Part shown: piece after piece, positions 27,040-39,348 of the stretch
How positions within the stretch are numbered: the stretch's first letter is position 1
Layout: every line of letters begins with the position of its first letter
Origin: Piromyces finnis finn
Taxonomy: Eukaryota > Fungi > Neocallimastigomycota
Length of the DNA: 64,000 bases
Assembly: GCA_002104945.1 (NCBI GenBank)
Contig: MCFH01000076.1
Coordinates: forward strand, 1-64,000
Direction of reading: 5' to 3'
The notes under the pieces: model-generated
Told to the model about the DNA's origin: nothing
The model's input: only the letters and a program-made list of their open reading frames with translations
Database searches by the model: none
Program-made: the position numbers and the translations under genes

Positions 27040-29726
27040 TTTACTATTACTTAATAAACAACAAATTACTAACCAATAATTAATATTCCAATTATTCAAA
27101 CTATTCAACTTGACTATTTCTAATTATTATATTATTATATTAAAGCAACCAATAATTTAACAACTCAATTACAAAATAATTAACTAAACTAAATATTTTT
27201 TTTTTTTTTTTTTTAATTTTACTATTACTATTTATTAACTATTAATAAACTATATTTACTATCACAACAACAAATTATTCTATACCAAATAATTCAATAT
27301 TTCCCCGAAATTAACTAAAATTAATTTCTAACAACAAAAAAAATTTTTTTTTTTTTTTTTTTTTTTACTATTGCTACTTGTATACAAAGGTGAACTACTA
27401 TACTAATAAGTTGGAAAATTGTAAAATATTTTAAACTAAGTTCAGGTTTGTATACACTAACTAAACTAAACACTAGTTATAAATTTATTAATTATTAAAC
27501 TTTTTATTTATTAAATTATATTAAACTAAACTAAACTAAAACAACCGTTGATTACTTTACCGTGAAGGTTATTTCACCAGAGCCCTCACTAGGTAATCAA
27601 TTATTAACTAATTAAATTAAAACTAATAATCTAAACTAACTATATAACTAAACTATACGATTTTCCAACTATCGTTTCAATAGTTGAAAAATTTTCTTTA
27701 TTTATACTTTTTAAATAAATTGAATAAATTCTAATATACATGTTTTAATATTATAATTTTACATTGTTTACATTTATGCATTTATTAAAAGAAATTATTT
27801 GTATTAAACTATTTAAATTCAATTTATTTACTAAAGAATTTTCTAAACTTAAAATAAAGTTTTGATTTATTTACTATATGGTTGATTATATTTCAAACAT
27901 ATATTTAATTTATTTATTTCTAATTTTGAGGCTTAGTTTATAAAAAAATTTTTTTCTTATCTAAAATATTTATTGGTTAAAAATTATTTAATTTAAAAAA
28001 TTTATTTTATCATCAAAAACTTTATCTTATCATAAAATTAAATTTACATAAATTTATGTTAATGTATTGTAATACATTATTTTATCGTAACTTTAGATTT
28101 CACATAGATTTATGTTAATGTATTGTGATATAAATCTTGTAAAGATTTACGGTACATTAATTCGATACATTGTACATTATTTTAAATGCGTATTAAAATA
28201 CATTATTCTATTAATACAATATTTTACAGATTGGTAGTTATATTATAACTTTTTAACTACTTCTTCTGTTATCTTATATTGTTTTATCTCGACAGCTGTT
28301 GTACGAGCTTTAACAATATCTACTAGTTTTATTAATTTATTTTAAGTTATTTTATAATTTTAATAGTTTTATTATTTTAATAATATTTATATAGAATAAT
28401 AACACCAGATTTATTCTATAAAATATTATTTATTATTAACACAATAATTACAAATTAGACAAGTTTAATTTCGTTTTTATATTTTCTTTTATTTATTGTT
28501 CTTACGCTCTTTTTAACAATAATTTTTATTATATAAAAACTTATTTTTGTCTTTTAAATATTATTATGTATTCACTAATTAATTATATTAACTATTATTA
28601 AAATTTAACTTATTATTAATAATCTAAGTCTTCTCATTTTCTACTAAAAATTATTATTATTCTTTATAATAATAAAAATTATTTTTATAATTTAACCCAA
28701 TCAAATATATAAATTTATAAAATATTTGATTTTATGTAAATTATATTTTTATAATAAACTATATAAAATTATTTAATAATTATTTTATAATAAAATTTTC
28801 TACTAATATCAAATGTATAATATATTTATAATTATTATTTATCATTATTGTATAAGAAATAATAATTATTTGATACATAATTAATATTTCTTAGTTAAAA
28901 TCATTAATTATTAATCATTAATTAATGTTAAAAATATTAGTTTATTTAAATAATTATTCTCATTTAAATTTATTTTAATTATTTATTTTCACTTAATTTT
29001 AATATCTTAAATTACATTTAGCCATTTAATTATATTATTCATTAATATTTTATTTAATATTTTTATTAATTATATTTATGCATTTAACTAATTAATTTAA
29101 TTAATTACTTTTATTTAACTTTATATTTTTATTAATTATATTTATTCATTTAATTAATTAATTTAATTAATTACTTTTATTTAACTTTATATTTTTATCA
29201 AATATATTTAATTATTTATTTAATTAATTACTTTAAAATAATTATTCATTGTTTAGGAATCGATATTTTAAGGTTTTTTCCAATTTCTAAAATAATTGGT
29301 TTTACTTAAAATATACGATGATCAATATGTATAGAATGTTGATCGAACTTTGTTTAGGTTTTTCTTCTAATCTTTTCCTAAACAAAAAATTATTTTGTTA
29401 AGATTAGATAAAATTTTAATTTAAACTTTAAATTTATTAAATAATATAAATAAAGACTCTTGATTCCCTTCTAAGAAATCAAGAGTTATTATTATAAGAA
29501 ACAAATTATAATAATAAAAGCGTTTTTAATTTTATTTTACTTAACTTAGTTATAATAAAACATATTAACTTATTAAAGTGAAAAATTATTTCTACTCTTA
29601 TAATAAACTCGAACTTAAAGATAAGTATTAATATTTATTTTCTTTTTATTCTCAATTTATCAATAAATTGTAGTTAATAATTCTATTATATAATAATTTA
29701 TAATGGAATTATTACAAACAAAAATC

Positions 29727-31480
29727 TGTCACAATAACATATATAAAAATTTAAAAAATTTGGACACATGAAAAAAATTAAAAATTTTTTTAAAATTTGA
29801 AAATTTGAAAATTTGAAAAAATTTATTTTTTAAATTTTTATTAAAAAATTTCAAAGTATAAAATTTCTAATATTTGAAATTATTAAATTTTTAAAATTAT
29901 TAAAATTTTATTATTAAAAATTTTATTTTAAATTTATTAACTATTTACAATAATTATATTAATTATTAATTTATAAAAATTAAATATTTTATAATTAGAC
30001 AATAATTAATTAAAATTAAAAAATGTAATAATTAAAATTGTTCATGTATAAAAAGAACAAAAATTGACAAAAATTACGAAGCTTTAGCGTTAGTAATTTT
30101 TTAACTTAAAGTTAATAAAATTTATAAACTCCTATAAAACCTAAAACTTTAAAAATTTTAATATTTTTAATAACTTAATATATGCTGATATTAAGTTATT
30201 GCTAAAATAAAAATATTATTTAAATTTCTTTATATAAATATTATTAGCTTTACGCCTTCAATAGGAAAGCGTATTATATTTATTAATTAATATATGTTAA
30301 GTTTTTGGGTTTGGTTATGCGGCCAGGTCAGAATGTTATTAATTATATAGTAAAAATGTTTTTTAAGAAATTAAATTTAATTATAAAATAACACCTTAAA
30401 CTCCCAAATGAAAAATGAAAAATTTATATTTACTTTAAAATAACTTTTTATAAATTTTTTATTTATTTAATAATAATAATATAAATGATATTATAAGTAA
30501 CTATATAATTAAGATTATAACTATAATCTTTACAAAGAATTAAAATCGAATTCAATTCATTCTCTTTTATATTCTTTGTTCAGATTATTAAATTGATATT
30601 AATAAGAATAAAGTATTACATGTAATATATTAGTAATATAATTAAATAAGTAATAAGATTGTTTGTTTGTTTGTTTGCTTGTCATGACATAAAATAAAAT
30701 AAACATATGATTAATCATTTAAACAGTTGATCCTAATTAGTAATTATAAAAACTATTCAATTAATAATTCATCATTATTAATTGATATTACCATAACATA
30801 TTTGTTATAATTAAATAATTATTATTTTCAAAATTATTTCTAATAAAACTTGCCGTTAACCTATTTTATAATAATTAAGATTATTTAATTTATAGGTGTT
30901 AACTGTTACACCTAAATGGGTCTAGTTCTATTTTTAGTAACAATCGTTATCATTAATTAAATTAATATAACTAAAATTCCTATTGATATATTTTTAATTT
31001 CATCAAGTCATAAGAAATATTTATGATCCATACTTGATATCATATTGATTTTAATTTACCTAATAAAATCTTTAAATGATCATAACTTCCTTAAATGATC
31101 AGTTAGAAGGACCGCGATTGTACCAAATTGTAGCTTTCTTCCTAAGCTTTCCAATAAACCTAGTTTCATCACCGTAGCACTTACAGCCGTAGCGATCGTT
31201 TTTGGCGAGTTACACCTTATTTCGTACTTGCTTATTTTTGGTTAAGGGTTATAGTGTATTGATATTAAATTTTTGAAATCATAACCCTTTCACTGAATCA
31301 AAATTTAAAAGGTGACTTTTAAAAGTGTTTTAAAATAATTATTGAAATTATTTAATTATAATTATTATGTTTAATTAATTATAGATATTATCTGAATTTG
31401 TTTTAAATCCAGTTAATATCTTCACAATATAACTAGTGTGCTTACCACACTTTTCTTTAATAAAAAATCGCTTTTTGACA
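29727..31480 (+). mobile_element. Solo LTR, family B (29727-30294 + 31432-31480), split by G
   Basis: Reverse complement of the B LTRs; TSD AAATC (29722-29726; the right copy is restored after removing F). Confidence 0.92.
30295..31426. mobile_element. Insertion G (1132 bp), probable solo LTR
   Basis: TG...CA; TSD ATATA at 30290-30294 and 31427-31431. Confidence 0.8.
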
Positions 31481-32139
31481 ATGGTACGTATTATTTAATA
31501 ATACCATAAATTTAATTATTTATTTTATTTCCAGGAGTCGAACAAAAGGGATTTATACAAAATAATATATTCTAATAAAAGAATAAAAAAAATGATTATT
31601 TGTATATTTATTTATATTATAACTAATAATTATTTTTTAGTGTTATTAATTATTTTGCTTTTACTTTTATTATTTTTAACAATTTATACACAAAGTATTT
31701 GAATATAAGAAAAAAAAAGGATTAAACATAAAAAAAATCTTATTTGTAACTTTCTCTTTTATTTTATTAATAAAAATAATTTTAAGTACATTTATATATT
31801 TAATATAAAAAATATTTTTAGTTAAAACAGATATAAAAATTCTCAATAATTAATTATATTTATCAAAGAACTCTCCTTTCTTAATAAAAGTGAATTTTTG
31901 TTATTTTTATATAAAATTTTTATAATATTTTATTGGTTATTCAATAATAGATTAAATTATTATTTTTCTTAAATAATTGCTAACCCTTAAAAATAACTAT
32001 ATAAATTTAATATTTTTAACTATATAATTTTATCACGTATCAAGATGCCTCCGCCGAAATTAAACTTCGTCTCCTGAAGTCTTATGGCAAGCATTGATAT
32101 ACGATAAAACAAAGGAAAATTTTAGTATTATCATTATTA

Positions 32140-32178
<39 letters not shown>

Positions 32179-32502
32179 TTAGATTTCGAAATTTAAATTT
32201 TTTTTTTTTTTTTTTATATATATATACTAAATAAAAATTATTATTATAATTATTATTTATAATTATTATATTAAAATTATTAATTATTATTTGATCAAAT
32301 TTACAATTTGAATTTTGAAATTTTGAAATTTTGAAATTTCACAATTACTATTAATTGAAATGTATTTTTCCATCAACTGAAATTCTTTTAAATTATTTTT
32401 GTAAGTATTAAATTTTTATATATATTTGTAATATTGTTTATTTATTATGATTACTACTATCATTTATTAGTATTATTTATTATCATTTATTATTTATTTA
32501 TT

Positions 32503-32538
<36 letters not shown>

Positions 32539-32610
32539 TTTTTATTTTATTTTATTTTATTTTATTTTATTTTTTTTTTTTTTTTTTTTGAAATTTAGAT
32601 TTTGAAATTT

Positions 32611-32649
<39 letters not shown>

Positions 32650-32668
32650 TTCCTTAAAATTTCACTTT

Positions 32669-35351
32669 TCATTCTTCATTTACATATCCTACATAAGAGG
32701 TATAATACGGAATTATATTTTTAAGGTGAATATTGCGTTCGGCTATTTCCCCTGTCTGTGGGTCACATACCGTCACAGTGTTGAATTGTCGTTTAATAAT
32801 TTTTAAAGGTCCAATTTTCGACGATTGAAGTGTTTTATCAAAACAAGGTCTCCGGGTTTAAATTCACTTCTTAATCTCCTTATTTGTTTTCTTCTATCCC
32901 TCCAAACCTCATTTGCAGTCTCAATATTGTTTATTGCTTCCTGAATCCAGTTATGGTGAGTAATAAATTTTCTAAGGTAGTATTCATCATCTGTTTCTTC
33001 AGGTCCTTTTTTATCTAAATTTATTGATAATTCAAATGGTTGCATATCTCTGCGACCATATAATAATTCAAAACTACTAAATTTTGTTACTTCATTTTTA
33101 GCAGTTCGAAGTGCCCATAAAGCGCTAGGTAATATATCGTCCCATTCTTCATTATTTTTTCCTAACACTCTTAAATATTTTGAAATTTCTTTATTTCTGT
33201 TTTCAATTTGTCCATTTGAAGCAGGATGGTAAGTTGTAATATATTGTACAAACACATCATTAAGATCTAGGAATGCTTTAGTTCTATCTGAACTAAATTG
33301 TGGTCCATTATCTGTAACCAAGACTTCTGGAATACCATGCCTACAAAACACTTCCGTTAAAAATCTTATCACATCTTCAGATTCAGTTTTTATTAATGGG
33401 GAAGCCTCTACCCATTTAGTCATATAGTCCACTAAAGCAATAATATACCTTGAGCCTCTTTTAGTGGTATTTAAAGGTCCTATTAAGTCCAAACTAACAC
33501 GAGTAAAAGGAAGTTCTGGTGGAGTAGCAATATTTTCAGGATATTTATTTAATGGTTGCACTTTACATGTTTGACATTTATGGCAACCTTTGATGAATAA
33601 TTTTATATCTTTAGACATTCCTTTCCAATAATAATCTCTACATAACCTATGATATGTTTTATAAATACCTTCATGTCCTATTGCATGAGCTTGAGCTATT
33701 AATCGGATTTTCTCATTATTATCAGTAATTATTTTCCTAAAATTATCTCCATGTTTATAATATTCTATTCCATCAATTAAAATAATTCTTTTTTTTATAA
33801 AGTCATTGAAAAAATTATTTAACATTACTCTTTGTTCATTACTATCACCTACACGAATATCTCCATTTACGTCTTTATTTTCAACTATCACGTTTGCTAT
33901 TTCTTTACTAATATCAACATTTTTACTAACATTTATAATATCGTCATCAAATCTAACTTTCTTTTTTATTTTACTTTTTGTAGTAACTATTTTATTTTTA
34001 TTTCCAACTTCATTAGAATAATCATTAGCATTATTAAATTCAGAAATATTAATTTTACTATTTTTTTTTTCATCATTATTAATAATTACAGGGGTTTGAG
34101 AACTCTCCATTCTAGATAAAGCGTCTGCTAGAACATTCTTCTTCCCCTCCTCAAATTGAACAATCACCCTTAATGCACTAAATTCAGTAATCCATTTTAT
34201 GTGGCGGCTTGTTGTTGGTTCCTTATTTTTGAAAATGCTGACTAAAGGTTTGTGATCTGTAATTAATAAAGTATCAAAATTATTACCTGTAATAAATGAT
34301 TTAAATTTCATAACACAATAATAGGCGGCAGTTCCCTCAAGTTCAGTAATACTATAATGTCTTTCAGTATCAGATAGGGTACGACTCTGGTAGTATAATG
34401 GTTTCTCAAATTTATCTTTGTCCAATTGTATTAAAACACCACCGATACCACTTCTAGAAGCATCCGTTCTTATAATAAAGGGTTTGCTAAAATCAGGCGG
34501 AGAAAGAATTGGAGCCGAAGCTAACTTTAATTTTAAATTTTCAAAAGAATTAGAACAAGAATCGGACCATTCGTAAGGAATACCTTTTTTAGTGAGCTCG
34601 TATAGTGGTTGAGCTACTTGTGCAAAGTTAGAAATAAACTTACGGTAATACCCAACTGCACCTAAAAAGGAACGAAGTTGTTTAATGTTTTTAGGTGGAA
34701 TCCAATTTAATATAACATTTATTTTCGAGTCCAAAGGTTTTAAACCATCAACAGAAAGTAGATGACCTAATAATTCAACTTCTTGCTTAAAGAAATTACA
34801 TTTATCAATATTTATTTTCAAACCATTATCTTTTAAAATTTGAAATACAGAAGCTAAGTCAGTGACATGTTGTTCTAGAGAATTAGAAAAAATAACTAAA
34901 TCATCAATATAAACGAACACAGACTTTCCAATTAAATCAAAAAATATTCTGTTCATTTCCCTTTGGAAAGTCGCAGGTGCATTACACAAACCGAAGGGCA
35001 TAACAACAAAATTATAATTACCAAAAATAGTGGTAAAACAAGTTTTATCTTTATCATCAGGATGCATTGGAATCTGATGGTATCCTGAGAACAAATCAAT
35101 AGTACTTAAAACTGCGGCATTATTACCTACATAATACAGAATGTCGTCTATAAGGGGGAGAGCATAGGAGTCTTTAATTGTAAAATTATTCAACATTCGG
35201 TAATCTACACACATTCTTACTTGGTTATTCTTTTTCGGAACCAAAACTACAGGTGAAGACCAAGGTGAATGGGATGGTTCAATAAGACCATTCTCTATGA
35301 GCTTAGTAAGTTCTACCTTTAGAGCATCAGCTTTAACTTTCGGTAATCTAT
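32669..35351 (-). pseudogene. pol: F pol, 3' part (RT, RNase H, integrase); small deletion frameshifts the GPY/F tail
   Basis: YIDD; TDASRSGIGG; integrase LDLIGP / TDNGPQF / GQIENRN; RRKLD joined out of frame to GPLKIIKR...VNEE-stop. Confidence 0.9.
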
Positions 35352-35955
35352 TGTAATGTTGAACACTGAAAGAATAGATTAGGATATCTATTCTATTACA
35401 ATAACACAAAATTTGAAAAATAAAATAAAAAATTGTTTTATAAAATATCTTTTATTATAATAGAATTTTAATAATAACAATTACATCGATAAAATGATGA
35501 AAAATATCTTCTATTTATATTTTTCCTAAATACATTTATATTATATTATAACTATTTATTTCTTATATATTATTATTTAAAATCTACACTAAAATCTTAA
35601 TTATTAATAAATATTTAAACTATAACTATTTTTAGTAAAATACAATTGGCAATTCAAATTAAGTACTATTTAATTTGAATATGTGCCCATGTATTATTGA
35701 TATATTAATCATTTATTATTTATCTATTTCTATAAAAAAACAATACTAAAACTAGGGATTTAAATTGAGAATATTAATTTACTTGTTAAACATTAAAAAT
35801 AAATTAATAAATTATTTTGTTTTAAACTTTAATTATTAATAAATAAATTATGTCTCATTTTCTTTTTCTGAATATAATTTGTGTAACTTAAACAATAATA
35901 CTTGTGGCTTAAGTTACATTAAAGATATCAAACAGAGGCGTTTGATATCTTTACA
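35352..35955. mobile_element. Solo LTR, family M (604 bp), inserted in F pol
   Basis: TG...CA; TSD TCTAT; removal restores IKQRAYRLPK; similar to 62355-62970. Confidence 0.95.
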
Positions 35956-37968
35956 TCTATAGGCTCTCTGTTTAATCGGTTTAGTATTTGGTAGCAAGTC
36001 AATATGATGAGGAAGTAATTTAGTATTACCTAAATCATCTGTTTTAATGGCTATTACCTCCATAAAGTTGTTAAAGACATCCTTCATCTTGTTTTGAATA
36101 TCCAAAGGTAATACAGTAATAATATTATTTATTATGTTTCTTTTAATTTCTAAATTATTCAATTTTATATCTAAACCTTGATTATTAGTAGTTGATTCAC
36201 TAGTGACTGTAATTAATGCTGGTAATATCCCATAAGTTGAAAGGTAATAATCATCAAAATTAGTGTGCTTAACATTATCAGTATTATTCTGTTCTTTATC
36301 ATCATTAACTTCAGTTTGATTATTGTCATTTCCATTATTGTATATATTAATATCGTAGCACAAATTGGTAAGTTTAATTGGATTATTACTTAAATCCATA
36401 AAATATAAAGTATCATCCACTAAGTTAATAACAAATCGATTTCTTTTTAAAGAATCAACCCCAATTAGTATATCAAAAATGTCATCTTTGTCTACTAGTC
36501 TAAAATATTCAGAAAAGGTAAGATCACCGATTTTTATACTTAATTCATAAATACTAGAATTTGAATTATTATTAGAGAAGGCTTGTAGAAAAGTTTCAGT
36601 AATTGTACCAATACAAGGTTTGTTGATTTGAAATTTCTTTAATGCTGATTTAGTAATTAAATTAACACTAGAGCAGGTATCCAAGAAAATTTCAGCATTA
36701 TTATTTTCAACTTCACCAGGTACTTTAATAATTTTATTTCTACTAAAAAGTGACATAACATTTAATGCTGGGTTTTTAAATGAAGTTAACTTTAAAGATT
36801 TTATAAATTCACTTCTAAATTTAGGGAACCAGTCTAGCAAATTTACTAACTTAGTTTTGACTTCCGTTGATACAATATCCCGAATCAAATCTTCAATGTA
36901 CATGTTTTCCAACTTTTCAAGTATTTTAATATGCTTTTCATTTTTAGTCAATGATTCATCTGCTTTATTATTATCTTCATTAATTTCACTAACTAGATTT
37001 GAAAGTTCGTTTATTCTATCTAACTTATTTTTCTTCTTTGCATTTGTTATATTAGGTTGATTAATAAATGACAAATCAAGAAACTGCAATTTTTCTGTTT
37101 TCCTTTTCTTATCAGATTGAGCGTCATCATCAGTAGTGTCATTATAGGAATTTTTCCTCTTAGGATTGGTTGGTTTTGTTTTATAACTATTATCAAATGT
37201 TGTAATATTATCTTTCCTCAATTTATTTCCAATTTCATCATCAATATAGTTAGAGTTATTTTCACTAATTTTATCAGCATGTATTCTTTTTCCTGATTTG
37301 ACAGTAGGATTACTTTTCTTTGTTGGTTCACCTTGCTCATCACTACTGCTCTTATCCTTTTCATTATTAAGTTGATCTTCATGATTATCAGTATTATTTA
37401 CTTTAGGGTTATTAATATTTACTGGTTCATTCATCCCCACATCTATCTCGCTTGTAAGTGGGACTACTTCGTCGTCATCATTTATATCCGTTTTATTGTG
37501 ATTCATTGCCGCGGTAGATATTGGTACAGGATTATCTTTTAATTTACCCGGTGGTACTTTATATGGGGTAAATGTTTTCTTATCATTATTCTTATTCTTT
37601 CTAGTAGCAACAGCAACAATTTCAGGGTACATATCACTAATTCCATTCTGGTTTGATACATTCATAGAATAATCAGTATTCATCCCATTATTATTTTCAG
37701 CTTTATACTTTTCATTGTTGGAATAATTAAAACTAGTTCCGTAAGAAGTAGTATTCTTATTATTTAAATTAATCTCTTTTTGAGCATAATTAGTATTATT
37801 TTCATATTGATTATTAGAATACTGTATATTATCATTATTATAAAGTGGATTTTTATTATTTGAATAATTGAATAAATTTATATTTTTATTATCTTTATTT
37901 TCATTATATTTTCCATTAATGACGGTTTGATTATTGGGAGTTATCCTTCTCCCTAATTGGAGTTTAAA
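35956..37968 (-). pseudogene. pol: F pol, 5' part (Asn-rich spacer and aspartic protease), reached by -1 frameshift
   Basis: Frame is open from the slippery site at 37962-37968; FLDTCSSVNLI and ILIGVDSL protease motifs. Confidence 0.85.
37936..37968 (-). promoter_or_regulatory. Programmed -1 ribosomal frameshift signal of F
   Basis: T TTA AAC in gag frame, 8-nt spacer, then GGGAG-8nt-CTCCC hairpin; the -1 frame continues into pol. Confidence 0.8.
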
Positions 37969-39203
37969 TGCTTAACATTGTTAATTCCATCTTTATTATT
38001 TACTTCTTTATTATTAGTACCGTTTTGAAACATCCTAATCTGTTCCATAGAATATGGACAGACACTGGCTTTGTGACCATGCTGTTTACATCTATAGCAC
38101 TGAATGGCCCTAAGCTTATTACCATAAGTATTGTTTTGTAAGCCAGGGTTAGAATTATACCCTCCACTAATAGTATTATTTCTATTATAATTAATATTAT
38201 TATTATATCCTTGGTGATTATCTGCATTAATATTTCCATTTTCATCTTTATTAAATTCAATATTTCCATTATTAGAGTTATTATTATTGAAATTGCGAAA
38301 ATTACTAAATTTGGTTTGATTAAAATTATTAGCGTTTTTAATATATCCTATTTTGTTAATATTTCCGAATCGATTATTGTTTCTAGGATTGCCACTATTA
38401 TTGAGGTTAGGACTATTTTCATAAGTGTTGTAATTACTATACCCTAAGTGATTATTATAATTATTATGATTATTGTAAAAATTTCTAGGTTGATCGTACA
38501 TATCCATATTCTTATAATTTCTTCCATAATTCATATTAGGATAATCATCTGGGTAGCTATGATTAGTAAGGGTACTATATATTGGATGATTCAAAAGAGA
38601 GGAATATCCATAGTTTTGGGTTAACATGTTTATGTTAGCAGTATTAGCATTATTATTAGTGTTAATATAACTATTATTCATTGTTTTCTTCTCGGCCTTT
38701 TCAGCTCTTTCAGCCACTTTAAAAGCTTCTGTTAATGTTTCACATTCTGAAATAATAACCTGAGAGTGTGGATATACTCTCGTTTTAATAGCATTTAAAT
38801 AATCTTCTACAGATATCAACCTCATATAATCATGATCTAAATGATAGTATAATTTTAAATATCTATAGTTGAAATTTTTTATTGTTTCATTATCCCTAAT
38901 TTTCAGAAGTTTTAGGTTAGAACATTTTTCATTAGGAGTTATCTCTAAGTACTCTTCTATGGCTACTTGGATTTCTTTGAATTTTGGGTAATGCATTTCG
39001 TTGTTTCTCCTTTTTACTAAAGAATTTAATACTTCTTTAATATCACAGTCAACAGCCTCCTTAGCCCATATAAAAATTCTTCTAGGCTCAGTTATGTCAT
39101 AGATTTCCATTATCCGAGAAAATTCTTCCATCCAACTATCCACATCCTTTCCATATTCATTTAACTGTGGGATAGCCCTTTGTAATTTTGATGCATCCAT
39201 CAT
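37953..39203 (-). CDS. gag: Gag of element F
   Basis: 416-aa ORF after the PBS; CYRCKQHGHKASVC zinc knuckle. Confidence 0.9.
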   Translation of the reverse strand: MMDASKLQRAIPQLNEYGKDVDSWMEEFSRIMEIYDITEPRRIFIWAKEAVDCDIKEVLNSLVKRRNNEMHYPKFKEIQVAIEEYLEITPNEKCSNLKLLKIRDNETIKNFNYRYLKLYYHLDHDYMRLISVEDYLNAIKTRVYPHSQVIISECETLTEAFKVAERAEKAEKKTMNNSYINTNNNANTANINMLTQNYGYSSLLNHPIYSTLTNHSYPDDYPNMNYGRNYKNMDMYDQPRNFYNNHNNYNNHLGYSNYNTYENSPNLNNSGNPRNNNRFGNINKIGYIKNANNFNQTKFSNFRNFNNNNSNNGNIEFNKDENGNINADNHQGYNNNINYNRNNTISGGYNSNPGLQNNTYGNKLRAIQCYRCKQHGHKASVCPYSMEQIRMFQNGTNNKEVNNKDGINNVKHLNSN

Positions 39204-39331
39204 TTTTTATTTATTTATTTATTATTTATATATTTATATTTCCTTTTTTTTTATATATATATATATATATATAAGTTCTTCTAAATATTATTATTATCTT
39301 TTATTGTTTTTCATATTATTTTGTTTTGCTC

Positions 39332-39348
39332 GCCCGGATTCTCCACCA
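39332..39348 (-). promoter_or_regulatory. Primer binding site of F, complementary to a tRNA-Ala-like 3' end
   Basis: TGGTGGAGAATCCGGGC, 8 nt downstream of the 5' LTR. Confidence 0.8.

Larger units (their letters stand above)
4011..28228 (-). mobile_element. Ty3/gypsy chromovirus element C; LTRs 4011-4819 and 27420-28228; interrupted by element J
   Basis: Two 809-bp direct repeats TG...CA; TSD GATTG; PPT GAAGAGGGGCA next to the 3' LTR; gag-pol ORF. Confidence 0.96.
3998..28844. mobile_element. Probable solo LTR L (3998-4010 + 28234-28844, ~624 bp), split by element C
   Basis: TGATAA...TTATCA inverted termini; 4-bp TSD TTAT at 3994-3997 and 28845-28848; no second copy in the window to confirm. 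Confidence 0.55.

Noticed and set aside
32120-32650. Poly-T, (TTA)n and (TTTTA)n tracts in the 3' UTR of F
   Set aside because: Ordinary low-complexity sequence for this genome
35914-37683. 589-aa ORF as a separate env-like or accessory gene
   Set aside because: It contains the protease and joins RT in frame once solo LTR M is removed; it is the 5' part of pol
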